From an uncultured delta proteobacterium (GTDB taxonomy: Bacteria > Desulfobacterota > Desulfobacteria > Desulfobacterales > JAFDCJ01): a DNA stretch of 64,000 bases. This document shows, piece after piece, positions 15,087-25,223 of this stretch (within the stretch, counting starts at the first letter, position 1; each line of letters begins with the position of its first letter). Below the pieces are notes generated by a model that was not told where the DNA came from, searched no databases, and saw only the letters and a program-made list of their open reading frames with translations. The position numbers and the translations under genes are program-made. Location: positions 64,001 to 128,000 of the forward strand of contig CAVYNY010000028.1 in assembly GCA_963769935.1 (NCBI GenBank), given 5' to 3'.

Positions 15087-15627
15087 ATGGCGGACCAATC
15101 CAAAAACCCACGCATTCTGATAGTAACGCCGGAGGTCACCTATTTGCCGGAACGCATGGGAGATATGGCCTCCTTTTTTACAGCCAAAGCAGGGGGCCTT
15201 GCCGACGTTTCAGCCGCCCTGATCACGGCCCTGTTTGAACAGGGGGCCAACGTGCATGTCGCCCTTCCGGACTACCGCGCCATTTTCAGTAACGGGTTGA
15301 CCCCTGTTTTAAAAAAAGAGCTCCATAGAATCCATCGCATAATGCCCGATGATCACATCCATTGAACAATCGCGGGATGCCAACCCGGTTGATTTCCTCA
15401 CCAGCGGAATCTTTGCAGCCCACTTTGTCAACATCGTCAGCCCTACCTTCTTGAAAGAAGTTATTGAGGGCAAACACCCTTTTGTCGAGTATCAGATCCG
15501 GCGGGAATTAACCTACAAGAATGAGGCCGAGTGCGCCGCCGGAATCCTCAACGCACCGGATCCCGCATTTAATCCGATGACCGACGACGAATTGAAAAAA
15601 AAATACGGATTTCTTTTAGAACGGTAA
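15087..15627 (+). pseudogene. glgA: Glycogen synthase remnant with internal deletion and 3' truncation
   Basis: RILIVTPE, KAGGLADV, VALPDY; jumps at ~15362 to GIFAAHFVNIVSPTF..GILN; C-terminal GT-B domain absent. Confidence 0.8.
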
Positions 15628-16330
15628 CTTCAAAATTTTAGATATCTGCTATATCAGCCATTCCGGCGCCGGGAAAAAATTTGTGTTTCCATATATCCGG
15701 GCACCACGAAGATTCGTGCAAAAAATGAACGCTAAGATATTTTTGTGACACCCTTTTCAGGCTTGACCTTGCTCGGCATAAGATTGACACAATCCTTTCT
15801 TTTCTTTTTCTAACCAGTTAAAAAAATCCGTGCTGTAGAATTATTGAATCGTTCATTTTTAGCCACAGTGTTGTGTTTGACAAAACGCTAAATAAAAGGT
15901 GTCTTTTGTGGAGCATTTTGTGGTATAAACACTAAAATCCGGGGCAGGGGACATGCAAAAACAGCTACACAAAGCTACACGAAACAATTCTATGGAATTA
16001 ATTGCGGTCAAAAACGGGTTTCCGGACACGATTTCGTTTTGGATCGATGCTGGAGATAGAAAGAAGACGATGGAACAAACCTCCACTTAAATGGGCCTCA
16101 TTTTTAGGCACGATTTACACACTTTTTGTGAGGCGAATATTTTGTATATTTGTCATTGTGTAATCCACAAAAAACATTACCTACAATTGAATCATTGTTT
16201 CTTAAGTCAAGATATCAGCATCGGGCTATACCTTAGTGCCGCTTATGAGCTGTGGAGTATAAATTTCGAATAAAGTTATTATTGAAGTATGGAGGTTCAA
16301 GTGCAGATGTTATCCGTCCTTTAGATGCTT

Positions 16331-18070
16331 TCAATTTCCTGCATCATTTTTGGCCGCTATTTCAAACTTGATTTCCACCCGGCGATTTTTGCTTCTTCCT
16401 TCCCGATTATCATTGTCCCCTATAGGATTTTTGGGACCCAACCCAATGGCCTTAATCTGTGAGATAGCAACCCCTCGCCCTAATAAATAACTTTTTACCA
16501 TGTTGGCCCGCAATTGGGAGAGATGGACGTTGTATAAATCATCACCATAGGAATCGGAATAACCTTCAACTATGATTGATTTATCGGAGTTCAGAGAAAG
16601 ATAGAAAGCTAATTCATCAAGTGTTTCAATATTTTGACTATCAATTTCGGTTGAGTCTCGATCAAAATAAATCAGGATCTTCCTCAATGAGAGCGCCAAT
16701 GGTAGCTGCTCTCGCTGGTTTTTGGCGTTTTGATTAGCTGCCTGGAGTACGGCTGATTCTTTTTCATCTATTGTTGTATGTTTATCCTCGGTCAATACTT
16801 TTTCCGACAATTGATCGTCTGCAGCTTTATCCTGTGGTATTGTATCCGTTTTAATTTCTGTTAAATCTTTTTCGAGTTGTTTTGAATCGACAACAACTTT
16901 TTCAATGCTATTAGCCTCTTTTATTTCGTGAGAATCCTTTATATTCACTGGTATATCTGTAGTATCACCCTCAGAATCTGTAATTGTTGCCGTCTGCTTT
17001 TTTTCATTTTCAATTGAACTTGGTTCTAAGGCAGTTTCATTGTCATGCGTGGCCAATTTGGGAGAGTGCTCAAATTGCGAAGTGCTGAAATATGATATTG
17101 CGAGTCCAATAAAAAGAATGAAAATGATCATAAATCCAGCTATTCTAAAAAATGAATGTTTCTCTTTAATTTCCGGCTTTTCTATGAATTTATTAGTGGG
17201 CGGTTGCAGGGTTGGAGTGTGGTCCGCAAGCGGTATTTCTTCTTTTGGAGGCGGTGTGACTCTATTGACACTGATTTGCAGCTCTTTTGCACAGCCCTTG
17301 ATGATACCCCCGTCAATCATGGTCAAACCAGCGGAATAACCTGACATCAGAGCATGATCGCACATGACATTGATCAAGCGCGGAAATCCATTAGAAAATG
17401 CATGAATTTCTCGCATAGCATCTGCGGTGAAATATTTTCTGGTAGCACCGGCAACTTTTAACCGATGTTCGATAAAAGCGACTGTTTCCTCCTCATTCAG
17501 CGGTTCGATATTATAATTAACGGCAATCCTTTGCCTAAAAGGCCTGTTTCTTGCCTCCAATAGCATTTCTCTCAATTCGCTTTGTCCCACCAAAAAAATA
17601 TTGATTTGCTTGCTGCCTTGAAAATCAATATTCGATAAAACTCGGACCTCATCAAGAAGTTCATTCTCCAGCCGCTGTGCTTCATCTATTATCAGCAGTA
17701 CAGTTTTTTGGTCGCCATATGCCTTTATCAAAAATTTTTTAAAATGAATCAGAAACTCGCCCTTTTGAGTGAATCCCCTGCCCATTTTAAATTCATCTGC
17801 CAAAATATTATAGAAGTCGATAAGGCCGAGGCCAGGATCCGGAATCGTTGCGACTATCACTTTGGCATCGACAAGTTTGATAAGGCTGTTAATGAGAACC
17901 GTTTTACCGGTACCGACGTCACCGGTTAGAAGAAGAAAGCCTTTGTTTTCCTGAATTCCATATCTTAAAGTAGCCAGAGCTTCCCGGTGCCTTTCACCTA
18001 ACCAGAGAAATCGAGGATCCGGGCTTATATTAAAAGGTTTTCGTTTCAAACCATAGTATTCAAGATACAT
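16331..18070 (-). CDS. ExeA/GspA-type AAA ATPase with TM helix and C-terminal OmpA-like peptidoglycan-binding domain
   Basis: MYLEYYGL..PF..PDP, Walker A GDVGTGKT, Walker B LLIIDEAQ, G.PRLIN; TM segment; IYFD..GYSD..LSQLRA..NRRVEI. Confidence 0.88.
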   Translation of the reverse strand: MYLEYYGLKRKPFNISPDPRFLWLGERHREALATLRYGIQENKGFLLLTGDVGTGKTVLINSLIKLVDAKVIVATIPDPGLGLIDFYNILADEFKMGRGFTQKGEFLIHFKKFLIKAYGDQKTVLLIIDEAQRLENELLDEVRVLSNIDFQGSKQINIFLVGQSELREMLLEARNRPFRQRIAVNYNIEPLNEEETVAFIEHRLKVAGATRKYFTADAMREIHAFSNGFPRLINVMCDHALMSGYSAGLTMIDGGIIKGCAKELQISVNRVTPPPKEEIPLADHTPTLQPPTNKFIEKPEIKEKHSFFRIAGFMIIFILFIGLAISYFSTSQFEHSPKLATHDNETALEPSSIENEKKQTATITDSEGDTTDIPVNIKDSHEIKEANSIEKVVVDSKQLEKDLTEIKTDTIPQDKAADDQLSEKVLTEDKHTTIDEKESAVLQAANQNAKNQREQLPLALSLRKILIYFDRDSTEIDSQNIETLDELAFYLSLNSDKSIIVEGYSDSYGDDLYNVHLSQLRANMVKSYLLGRGVAISQIKAIGLGPKNPIGDNDNREGRSKNRRVEIKFEIAAKNDAGN

Positions 18071-18234
18071 GATAGCCGCTCTTAATTGTATAAACTTAAT
18101 TGTATACTGATAGCCGATTATGCGTTTTGTCAAACATTTTATTGATTTTTGAGAAAATTTGAGATATGCAAGTGTTATAATTACATAAAATAAATTTATC
18201 GATCTAATCTCACGGCGGAAATCCTATCTTACTA

Positions 18235-19149
18235 ATGTTTAAGAACTTAAGAATATTTTTTCTACTAACTTCAATTTTATTGATAACCGGTTGCGCCTTT
18301 GCCCTGATTGGAATTGGTGCTGCTGCTGGAACAGTAGCTTATAAAAATGGCAAACTGGTAAAAACCTACCAGGCGGAATACAATAGATCAGTCAAGGCGA
18401 GCAGTGACACCTTGGCGGAGTTGAAAATTCCCCTGACCGATAATTTATCAGACGATCTGAAGACAGTTTTAAAAGCTAAGCGTCCGGATGGAACTCTGGT
18501 AGAGATCTCAGTCGTTCGAATAGAACGAAATCTTACCGAAGTTGGGGTGAGAACCGGAGTTGTTGGTGTTTGGGATAAAAGGGTGTCAGAGCAAATTCAA
18601 AATTCTATCGGTGAAAAATTGTCATCTGGCCCCCGAACAGCCTCAGGTAATACTTTGGATTCAGATAGTAAAAATGTCAACCCGTTGAATAAAGAAAGCA
18701 CTCCAAAGGTGGCTACTGTAAATAAAAGCAAGGGGACGCTGGTCTCGAATACGCCAACCAATATTTCAACTCACAGAGAAGTTCAAGAGGTCGTAAAGAA
18801 ACCTTCTAGGAAGCAGCCCGATTTTGTAATTTATTTTAGCGATAACACCAATGAGCTTTCCGAAGTTGCCATCGAGAAACTCAACACTATCGCCGAGATT
18901 ATAATGAACAGGCCGGTAGTAGAAATAAAGATCAATGGATTTTCGGATTCGAACGGCACATCGTCCTTAAACAAAATAGTTTCTGAAAGCAGGGCAAATT
19001 CAGTTAAAATCTACCTGATTGCAAAAGGGATCCATCCTAAAATAATCACCACGAAAGGGTTCGGCTCCGACAATCCTGTCGCCAGCAACAAATATGTTGA
19101 CGGCAGAAGATTAAATCGACGGGTCGAAATCGAACTTATATATCGATAA
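18235..19149 (+). CDS. Lipoprotein: DUF3568-like N-terminal domain plus OmpA-like C-terminal domain
   Basis: Lipobox [25 protein letters not shown] (DUF3568-like); GFSD..SESRA..NRRVEI (OmpA). Confidence 0.75.
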   Translation: MFKNLRIFFLLTSILLITGCAFALIGIGAAAGTVAYKNGKLVKTYQAEYNRSVKASSDTLAELKIPLTDNLSDDLKTVLKAKRPDGTLVEISVVRIERNLTEVGVRTGVVGVWDKRVSEQIQNSIGEKLSSGPRTASGNTLDSDSKNVNPLNKESTPKVATVNKSKGTLVSNTPTNISTHREVQEVVKKPSRKQPDFVIYFSDNTNELSEVAIEKLNTIAEIIMNRPVVEIKINGFSDSNGTSSLNKIVSESRANSVKIYLIAKGIHPKIITTKGFGSDNPVASNKYVDGRRLNRRVEIELIYR

Positions 19150-19187
19150 ATTTAATACGAGTCTGGTCTATAAAAAATTAATGAAGA

Positions 19188-19514
19188 TTAAATTTCAATA
19201 TTACGCCGGACTATTTTGTTTAGAAACCATTGGCGCGTAAGGCATAGGTTGCAAACAGTTTGAGAGTGGTTCCCACCTGTCTCGCGAAGCGCCTTGGTGA
19301 CCATTTGCCGTTCCATTTGTTTAGTGACTTCCCGTAAGGTTATTCCATTTAGATTGGCTGGCGTAACATTTTCTCCCGGGCCGGTAGTTTTCTCTGAAGG
19401 ATATTTTTCCTTTATCTCGCTGTCTTCTATCGTAAGGATATAAGGGCCCTCCAGTATTTTAATCCGCCCTATCTTAAATATTTGAGATGAGGATCTTTGA
19501 TATATTATCATCAA
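19188..19514 (-). pseudogene. C-terminal Fis-type HTH remnant of a sigma-54 activator
   Basis: TLREV..ER..V.KAL.ETGGN..L.LTR pattern, degenerate; AAA domain missing. Confidence 0.55.
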
Positions 19515-20154
19515 GGGTGGTTGCCGTGAATCGAGGATGAGTTGGTAAACAAAAAGATTGCAAAAGCCCCAAAAACCTGTTGTCGCTGCAAAATATCACA
19601 GCCTTCCACAAACCTGCGATAATAGTATCATGGAATCCCCAGCTTGGGAGCCACTGAAAATACGACGCTCTTTGGCAACTTTGTGCTACCAGATGTAAAG
19701 TGTACTTGCATTATCCCTGAAGCCCGGCAAAATCAACTATTCTGCCGATATCTTGGCACTTGATAAAAATAATGGTCCTTACCATATCAGAAAAATAGGC
19801 TCGACTTCAAGATATTAGCGGAATTTTGAGGTGCATTGTCTTTGCGGATGCAGCTTTCATCTTCTCTTAAAGAGACATCCAAAACCTAAGGCAGACTATT
19901 TTCAATTCCCCAGTGACTGCGAACTGCATGGCTAAAGCGGCTATCATCATTTTCGATACAGCCGCAATTTAAGGGGTTTTAATAAGCTTGCGTTCACCCT
20001 GCGTTCTGTTTAGAAACCACTTTTCATTACCAATAAAAATTAATAATTATACAAAATGAATTCAACGTTTATCTTGCTGCGCCTCACAAACTCAAAAACA
20101 AAAGGGCCGGCACGAACAGCCCGCCAAGCACCCCGCTATCTGCCGCCTTGCTGA

Positions 20155-20205
20155 GATTAAGATCTTAATCCCACCTTGACTTCCGAAAAAACCAACGAAT
20201 ATTAT
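20155..20205 (+). promoter_or_regulatory. Perfect 16-bp palindrome GATTAAGATCTTAATC just upstream of a sigma-70-like promoter (TTGACT-N18-TATTAT) for qor
   Basis: Palindrome 20155-20170; -35 at 20176-20181; -10 at 20200-20205; AGGAGG RBS downstream. Confidence 0.45.
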
Positions 20206-20261
20206 ATTCTGTTTAATATCGGTTTATCGAAATTTAATAACTCATAAGAAAGGAGGACACG

Positions 20262-21242
20262 ATGTCCAAAGCCATTCGCATACATGAAAACGGCGGTCCG
20301 GAAGTTTTAAAATGGGAGGAGTTTGATCCCGGCAAACCGCAGGCCGGCGAAGCCCTGGTGCGCCACGAGGCGGTGGGGCTGAATTTTATCGATGTCTATC
20401 ACCGCACCGGGTTGTATCCGCTGCCGGGGTTTCCTGCCGTACCGGGCATGGAAGGTGCCGGCATAGTGGAAGCAATCGGTGACGGCGTATCCGAAGTGGC
20501 CGTCGGCGACCGGGTGGCCTATGCGGGAGGTCCGCCCGGCGCCTATGCCGAAGTCCGCAGGATTCCAGCCCATCGGCTGGTGAAACTTCCCACCAAAATT
20601 TCCACCCGCCAGGGAGCCGCCATGATGCTCCAGGGCATGACGGCGCGGTATCTTTTGCGGGGATGCTACAAGGTCAAGCAAGGAGATACGGTGTTGATTC
20701 ATGCGGCAGCCGGCGGCGTCGGCTCGATTGCCTGCCAGTGGGCCAAACACCTCGGTGCGACCGTGATCGGAACCGTCGGTTCCAAGGAAAAAGCCGAAAT
20801 GGCGCGATCCCACGGCTGCGATCATCCCATCCTGTATAACGATGAAGATTTTGTCGCCAAAACAAAAGAAATTACCGGCGGCAAGGGGGTGGATGTGGTC
20901 TATGACTCCGTGGGGCAGGCAACGTTTATGAAGTCGCTGGACTGCCTGCGCCCGATCGGGATGATGGTCTCCTTCGGCCAATCGTCCGGATCGGTTTCAA
21001 CCTTTGATCCGGGCATTCTGGCAGCCAAGGGCTCTTTGTTTTTGACCCGTCCCAGTCTGATGGCCTATACCGCCAAACGCGAGGATCTATTGGACCATGC
21101 CCGGGACCTGTTCGGGGTCGTGGAAAGCGGGGCGGTAAAAATTGAGATCAAGCAGACGTATCCCTTGTCCGAGGCGGCCCAGGCCCATCGCGATCTGGAA
21201 GCCCGCAAAACGACCGGGTCGACGATTTTGATCCCAGATTAG
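20262..21242 (+). CDS. qor: NADPH:quinone oxidoreductase (zeta-crystallin family)
   Basis: GLNFIDVYHRTGLY, QGMTA.YL, HAAAGGVG, KGSLFLTRP. Confidence 0.92.
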   Translation: MSKAIRIHENGGPEVLKWEEFDPGKPQAGEALVRHEAVGLNFIDVYHRTGLYPLPGFPAVPGMEGAGIVEAIGDGVSEVAVGDRVAYAGGPPGAYAEVRRIPAHRLVKLPTKISTRQGAAMMLQGMTARYLLRGCYKVKQGDTVLIHAAAGGVGSIACQWAKHLGATVIGTVGSKEKAEMARSHGCDHPILYNDEDFVAKTKEITGGKGVDVVYDSVGQATFMKSLDCLRPIGMMVSFGQSSGSVSTFDPGILAAKGSLFLTRPSLMAYTAKREDLLDHARDLFGVVESGAVKIEIKQTYPLSEAAQAHRDLEARKTTGSTILIPD

Positions 21243-21398
21243 GGTTCACGAAAAAATAAGTTCACAATTTTAGGCGTTGCGGCACCCGGCTGGTAAGGCG
21301 TGAAAACGCAGGAATATGTGGATATTCCGAGCTTTCGCAACGCAGCCAGGCGGGATGCGGCGGCGTATAAAATGTGAAGTTATTTTTGAGTGAGCCCT
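21241..21398. mobile_element. ~158-bp MITE-like palindromic element
   Basis: Terminal IRs AGGGTTCACGAAAAAATAA / TTATTTTTGAGTGAGCCCT with internal imperfect dyad symmetry; no transposase. Confidence 0.6.
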
Positions 21399-21403
21399 TA
21401 GTA

Positions 21404-21479
21404 AAGAATCCCGGCCCAGCTCCCGGCCCGTAGGGCGTACAGCCAGGAGGGAGGACCAGGTTTTCAATGTTGAAATAAA
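21404..21479 (+). repeat. Dispersed repeat family B (GGCCCA..GACCAGGTTTTCAATGTTG); this copy carries a nested REP-like hairpin
   Basis: Further copies at ~46100-46121, 60065-60094, 62281-62317; nested hairpin resembles 31962-31995 (reverse strand). Confidence 0.65.
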
Positions 21480-21548
21480 CCAATCCAAAAAGAATTCTGG
21501 TCTATACCTCCAACCGTATGCCTTGCGCCATGGGCCTTGCTCTATGCG

Positions 21549-24317
21549 CTAAGCCGCCTTCGTGATCTTAACCGCACACACCTTATACTCAGGTATACCG
21601 GCAATCGGGTCCAGGGCGGAGTTGGTCAGTCGATTGGCGGCGGCGGCGGCATAATGAAAGGGGATAAACACCGTACCCGACACCGCTTTGGTCGAAATCT
21701 TAATCTTGGCCTGGATGTTGCCCCGGCGTGAGGCAATATTAACCGCCACCCCGTTTTCCAACTCATATTTACCGGCATCCCGGGGTGAAATCTCAACGAA
21801 GCACTCCGGCGCGATTTCCATCAGGCCTGCGCTTTTCATGCTCATGGTGCCGGTGTGGTATTGATAGAGCAAACGGCCGGTGGTCAGATACATGGGGTAG
21901 TCATCATCCGTATTTTCAGCCGGCGGTATATAGTCAATCGCGTGGAAGGTGCCCTTGCCCTTGGTAAACTGGTCCCGGTGCAGAATGGGGGTTCCGGGAT
22001 GCTCGGCCGTCGGCGCCGGCCAGTGAATGCCCTCCTGTTCGATCCGGTCATAACTGATGCCGCCGTATGACGGTGTCAGCCGCGCAATTTCTTCCATTAT
22101 CTGCCGGCTGTTCTCATAGTGCATGGAATAGCCCATGCGGCCGGCAATTTCACAGGTGATTTTCCAATCCTCCCAGGCCTGCCCGGGTGAATCCACTGCC
22201 TTGCGCACCCGCTGCACCCGACGGTCGGTATTGGCAAATGTTCCCTCTTTTTCAGCGAAGCAGGCCGATGGCAAAACCACATCCGCCAGTTGGGCGGTTT
22301 CGGTCAGAAATATGTCCTGCACCACCAGAAAATCCAGATTTTTGATGCTCTTTTCACAATGGTTTAAGTCGGGGTCCGAAACCAGCGGATTTTCGCCGAT
22401 AATATACAGGGCCTTGAGCCTGCCGTCATGGGCTGCCGGTATCATCTGGGTTACCTTCATCCCTAGCAAATCGGGCAGATCGGTGACGCCCCAGGCCTGG
22501 GCCATTTTCTGGCGGGCGTTCGGATCCGTCACCCTTTGGTAGCCGCTGTATACGTCCGGCAGGCCGCCCATATCACAGGCTCCCTGGACGTTGTTCTGGC
22601 CCCGCAGCGGATTGACGCCGCCGCCTTCGATGCCGAGATTGCCGCACAGCATCGCCAGATTGGCCAGGGATTTTACATTGTCCGTTCCGGTGGTGTGCTG
22701 GGTGATCCCCATGCAATACAGAATGCTGCCGCGCTCAGCGCCGCCATACAGGCGGGCCGCATCGATGATCTGCTGGGCGGGAATTCCGGTAATTTCCGCC
22801 ACATATTCAGGCGTATATTTTTCAACGACCCTTTTTAATTCCTCAAACCCTTCGGTACGGCTGGCGACATACTCTTTGGCGTGCAGGTTCTCCTTGATGA
22901 TGACATGCATCAAACCATTAATCCAGGCCACATCGGCCCCCAGATTGGGGCGCAGCCATTGATGCGCAAAGCGGGTAATTTTTATGCGCCGCGGGTCGAC
23001 TACAATCAGCTTCGCTCCTTTGCGAGTCACCGCCCGCTTGACATAACTTGACAGCACCGGGTGGTTCTCAGTGGTATTGGATCCGGTGATCAGAATGACA
23101 TCCGCTTTTTCGATGCAACCGATGGTGTTGGTCATGGCACCACTGCCGAACGCTGCGGCCAGACCGGCCACAGTGGAAGAATGTCAGAGCCGGGCGCAGT
23201 GGTCGACATTGTTGGTTTTGAGCACCGCCCGCGCAAATTTCTGAGTAATGTAATTTTCTTCGTTGGTGATTCTGGCGGAAGTCAGCACCGCCAGGCTGTC
23301 GGATCCGTGCGCGGCTTTAATATCGCTGAACTTTTTGGCGACCAGATCAAGGGCCTCCTCCCAGGAGGCTTCACGAAACCGGCCGTTTTCTTTGATCAGG
23401 GGGGTGGTCAGACGATCGGGCGAATTGATAAAATCATAACCGAACCGGCCTTTCACGCACAGACTGCCGTAATTGGGTGCATAATCCTCGGCCCCGGTAA
23501 CCTTGACAACCCGGTTGTCTTTGACATGCAGATAAAGCTGGCAGCCGACGCCGCAATAGCTGCAGGTCGTGCGCACCTTTCTGGTTTCCCAGGGCCGCAC
23601 CCGGTAGCGGACATTTTTTTCGACCAGAGCGCCCACCGGGCAGGCCTGGACGCATTCGCCGCAAAACACACAATCAGAGTCTTTATAGGGCCGGTCGCCC
23701 GCAGCAATGATTTTGGTGGCGGCACCCCGATAGCCGAAATGGATGGCTTGATTGACCTGCACTTCATTGCACGCCTGAACACAACGCCCGCATTGAATGC
23801 AGCGCGAAAAATCACGCACGATAAAGGGGTTGACGTCCTCCATCGGATACGGCGTATCGGTGGGTGTAAACCGTTCAGCGTTGACCTGATAGCGAAAAGC
23901 CAATTCCTGCAGCCTGCAGTCGCCCCAGACGGGACACAATTCGGCGGTGTCCTCGGTCTGCTGAGATTTAAGTTGAAATTCAGTCCAGTTGTTGCCGGCC
24001 GATCCGCTGACCGCGCAGTTGTGGTTGCCCGATGAGAGCAGCAGCTGAATGACCACGCGCCGGGCCGCAATAACCTTGGCGGATTCGGTGCGCACGACCA
24101 TATTGTTGCCGGCCGGGGCCGCACAGGACGCGACCAGGCTGCGGGCACCTTGTACTTCAACCACACAAACCCGGCATGCGCCGGTAGCGGTTGCCCCCTT
24201 TAAGTGACACAGCGTGGGGATATCAATACTATTGCGCCGGGCGACATCGAGAATGCTTTCGCCGGATTCGAAGGAAAATTCATTACCGTTGATAACGATG
24301 ATATTCTGATCAGCCAT
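21549..24317 (-). CDS. fdhF: Selenocysteine-containing formate dehydrogenase alpha subunit (Mo/W-bisPGD) with N-terminal 2Fe-2S/4Fe-4S domains, 922 aa
   Basis: ORFs 23184-24317 and 21549-23171 are in frame; TGA 23184-23186 sits in DHCARL-U-HSSTVAGL (FdhF CARVUH motif); PLRGQNNVQG, CSYCGVGC. Confidence 0.93.
23153..23173 (-). promoter_or_regulatory. Bacterial SECIS-like hairpin of fdh
   Basis: CUGUGGCC-GGUCU-GGCCGCAG, 8-bp stem with G-containing loop, 10 nt after the UGA. Confidence 0.75.
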
Positions 24318-24515
24318 AGTGTTATGGGACTCCTTTACGGGGACTTAATCGGAAGGTGTGAATGTACCTGAAACACCGGAATTTGTCAAACCTGTTTTGG
24401 GTTTGGGAAAGATCGTCGGCAGGTCAAGCAGGTTTGCGTCGTCTGCCGGGCCGGAGTTGAACCTGCCGGATTTAAACGCCATATCCCGCAGCCCACCGGG
24501 CACATTGCAGGCGGG

Positions 24516-24950
24516 CTATTTTAAAGGCTTCCGCAGGCCGGCTTCCGACTGTAAAGACCTGCGGCGTTGGTCATTTCTGGCCGCCGCCCATAAATGGTAA
24601 ACGTAGACGCCGCCGACGCCGCCGAGGGCATCCGCGAGCGCATCCAGCAGGTTGCCGTCCCGATAGGGAACAAAAGACTGGTGGAGTTCATCACTGAGGC
24701 CGTACAGAGCAGCGGAAACCATGCTTAGCAGGATCAGCAGTGCGGTGTTGCCCTTTAAGGGCAGGGTCTGATAAGCCCGGTAAAACAAAACTCCCATCAA
24801 TGCATAGCCGGCAAAATGATATAACTTGTCGCTGAAATCAAATGAGGGCAGGCTCTCGGGTGAGGGATAATCCGACTGGATGTAGACAAATACACAATAT
24901 GCGATCAGCGGCAGCCAGCAGTATGTGAAATTTTTTATTTTTATGGACAT
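24516..24950 (-). CDS. VanZ family membrane protein
   Basis: DKLYHFAGY, YGLSDELHQSFVPYR..D..AD. Confidence 0.85.
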   Translation of the reverse strand: MSIKIKNFTYCWLPLIAYCVFVYIQSDYPSPESLPSFDFSDKLYHFAGYALMGVLFYRAYQTLPLKGNTALLILLSMVSAALYGLSDELHQSFVPYRDGNLLDALADALGGVGGVYVYHLWAAARNDQRRRSLQSEAGLRKPLK

Positions 24951-24979
24951 GTATGTGTTGCTCCGGGATAGAGGATAGC

Positions 24980-25222
24980 GAGGTCTGGACATAAACAAAA
25001 GAAGGGGGGAAGGTGGGAGGGTGAGAGGATAAGAAGGCATCCGAATTTCGAAATTGTATGTGCTTTTGCCTCTAACCTTTTACCTTTCGCCTTTAGCCTA
25101 TCAACCAACCTGGTATCTATTTCCTAATAAACAAATCAACCCAATTACCCAATCAACTCATTCAACCTATTCAACCCAATCATCCCATCCGGACGATCTC
25201 AACGATCTCAACGATCAAAACC
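24980..25222. repeat. Low-complexity short-period intergenic repeats (ACCTTT, TCAAC units)
   Basis: Visible tandem degenerate units between thrS and vanZ. Confidence 0.5.
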
Positions 25223-25223
25223 A

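Noticed and set aside
15363..15365. TGA in glgA as possible recoding site
   Set aside because: Downstream homology resumes much later in the protein and in a different frame, indicating a deletion junction
23061..24035. Long antisense ORFs (also 3427-4278, 20307-20981, 34064-34648)
   Set aside because: Shadows of well-supported genes on the opposite strand, without recognisable motifs
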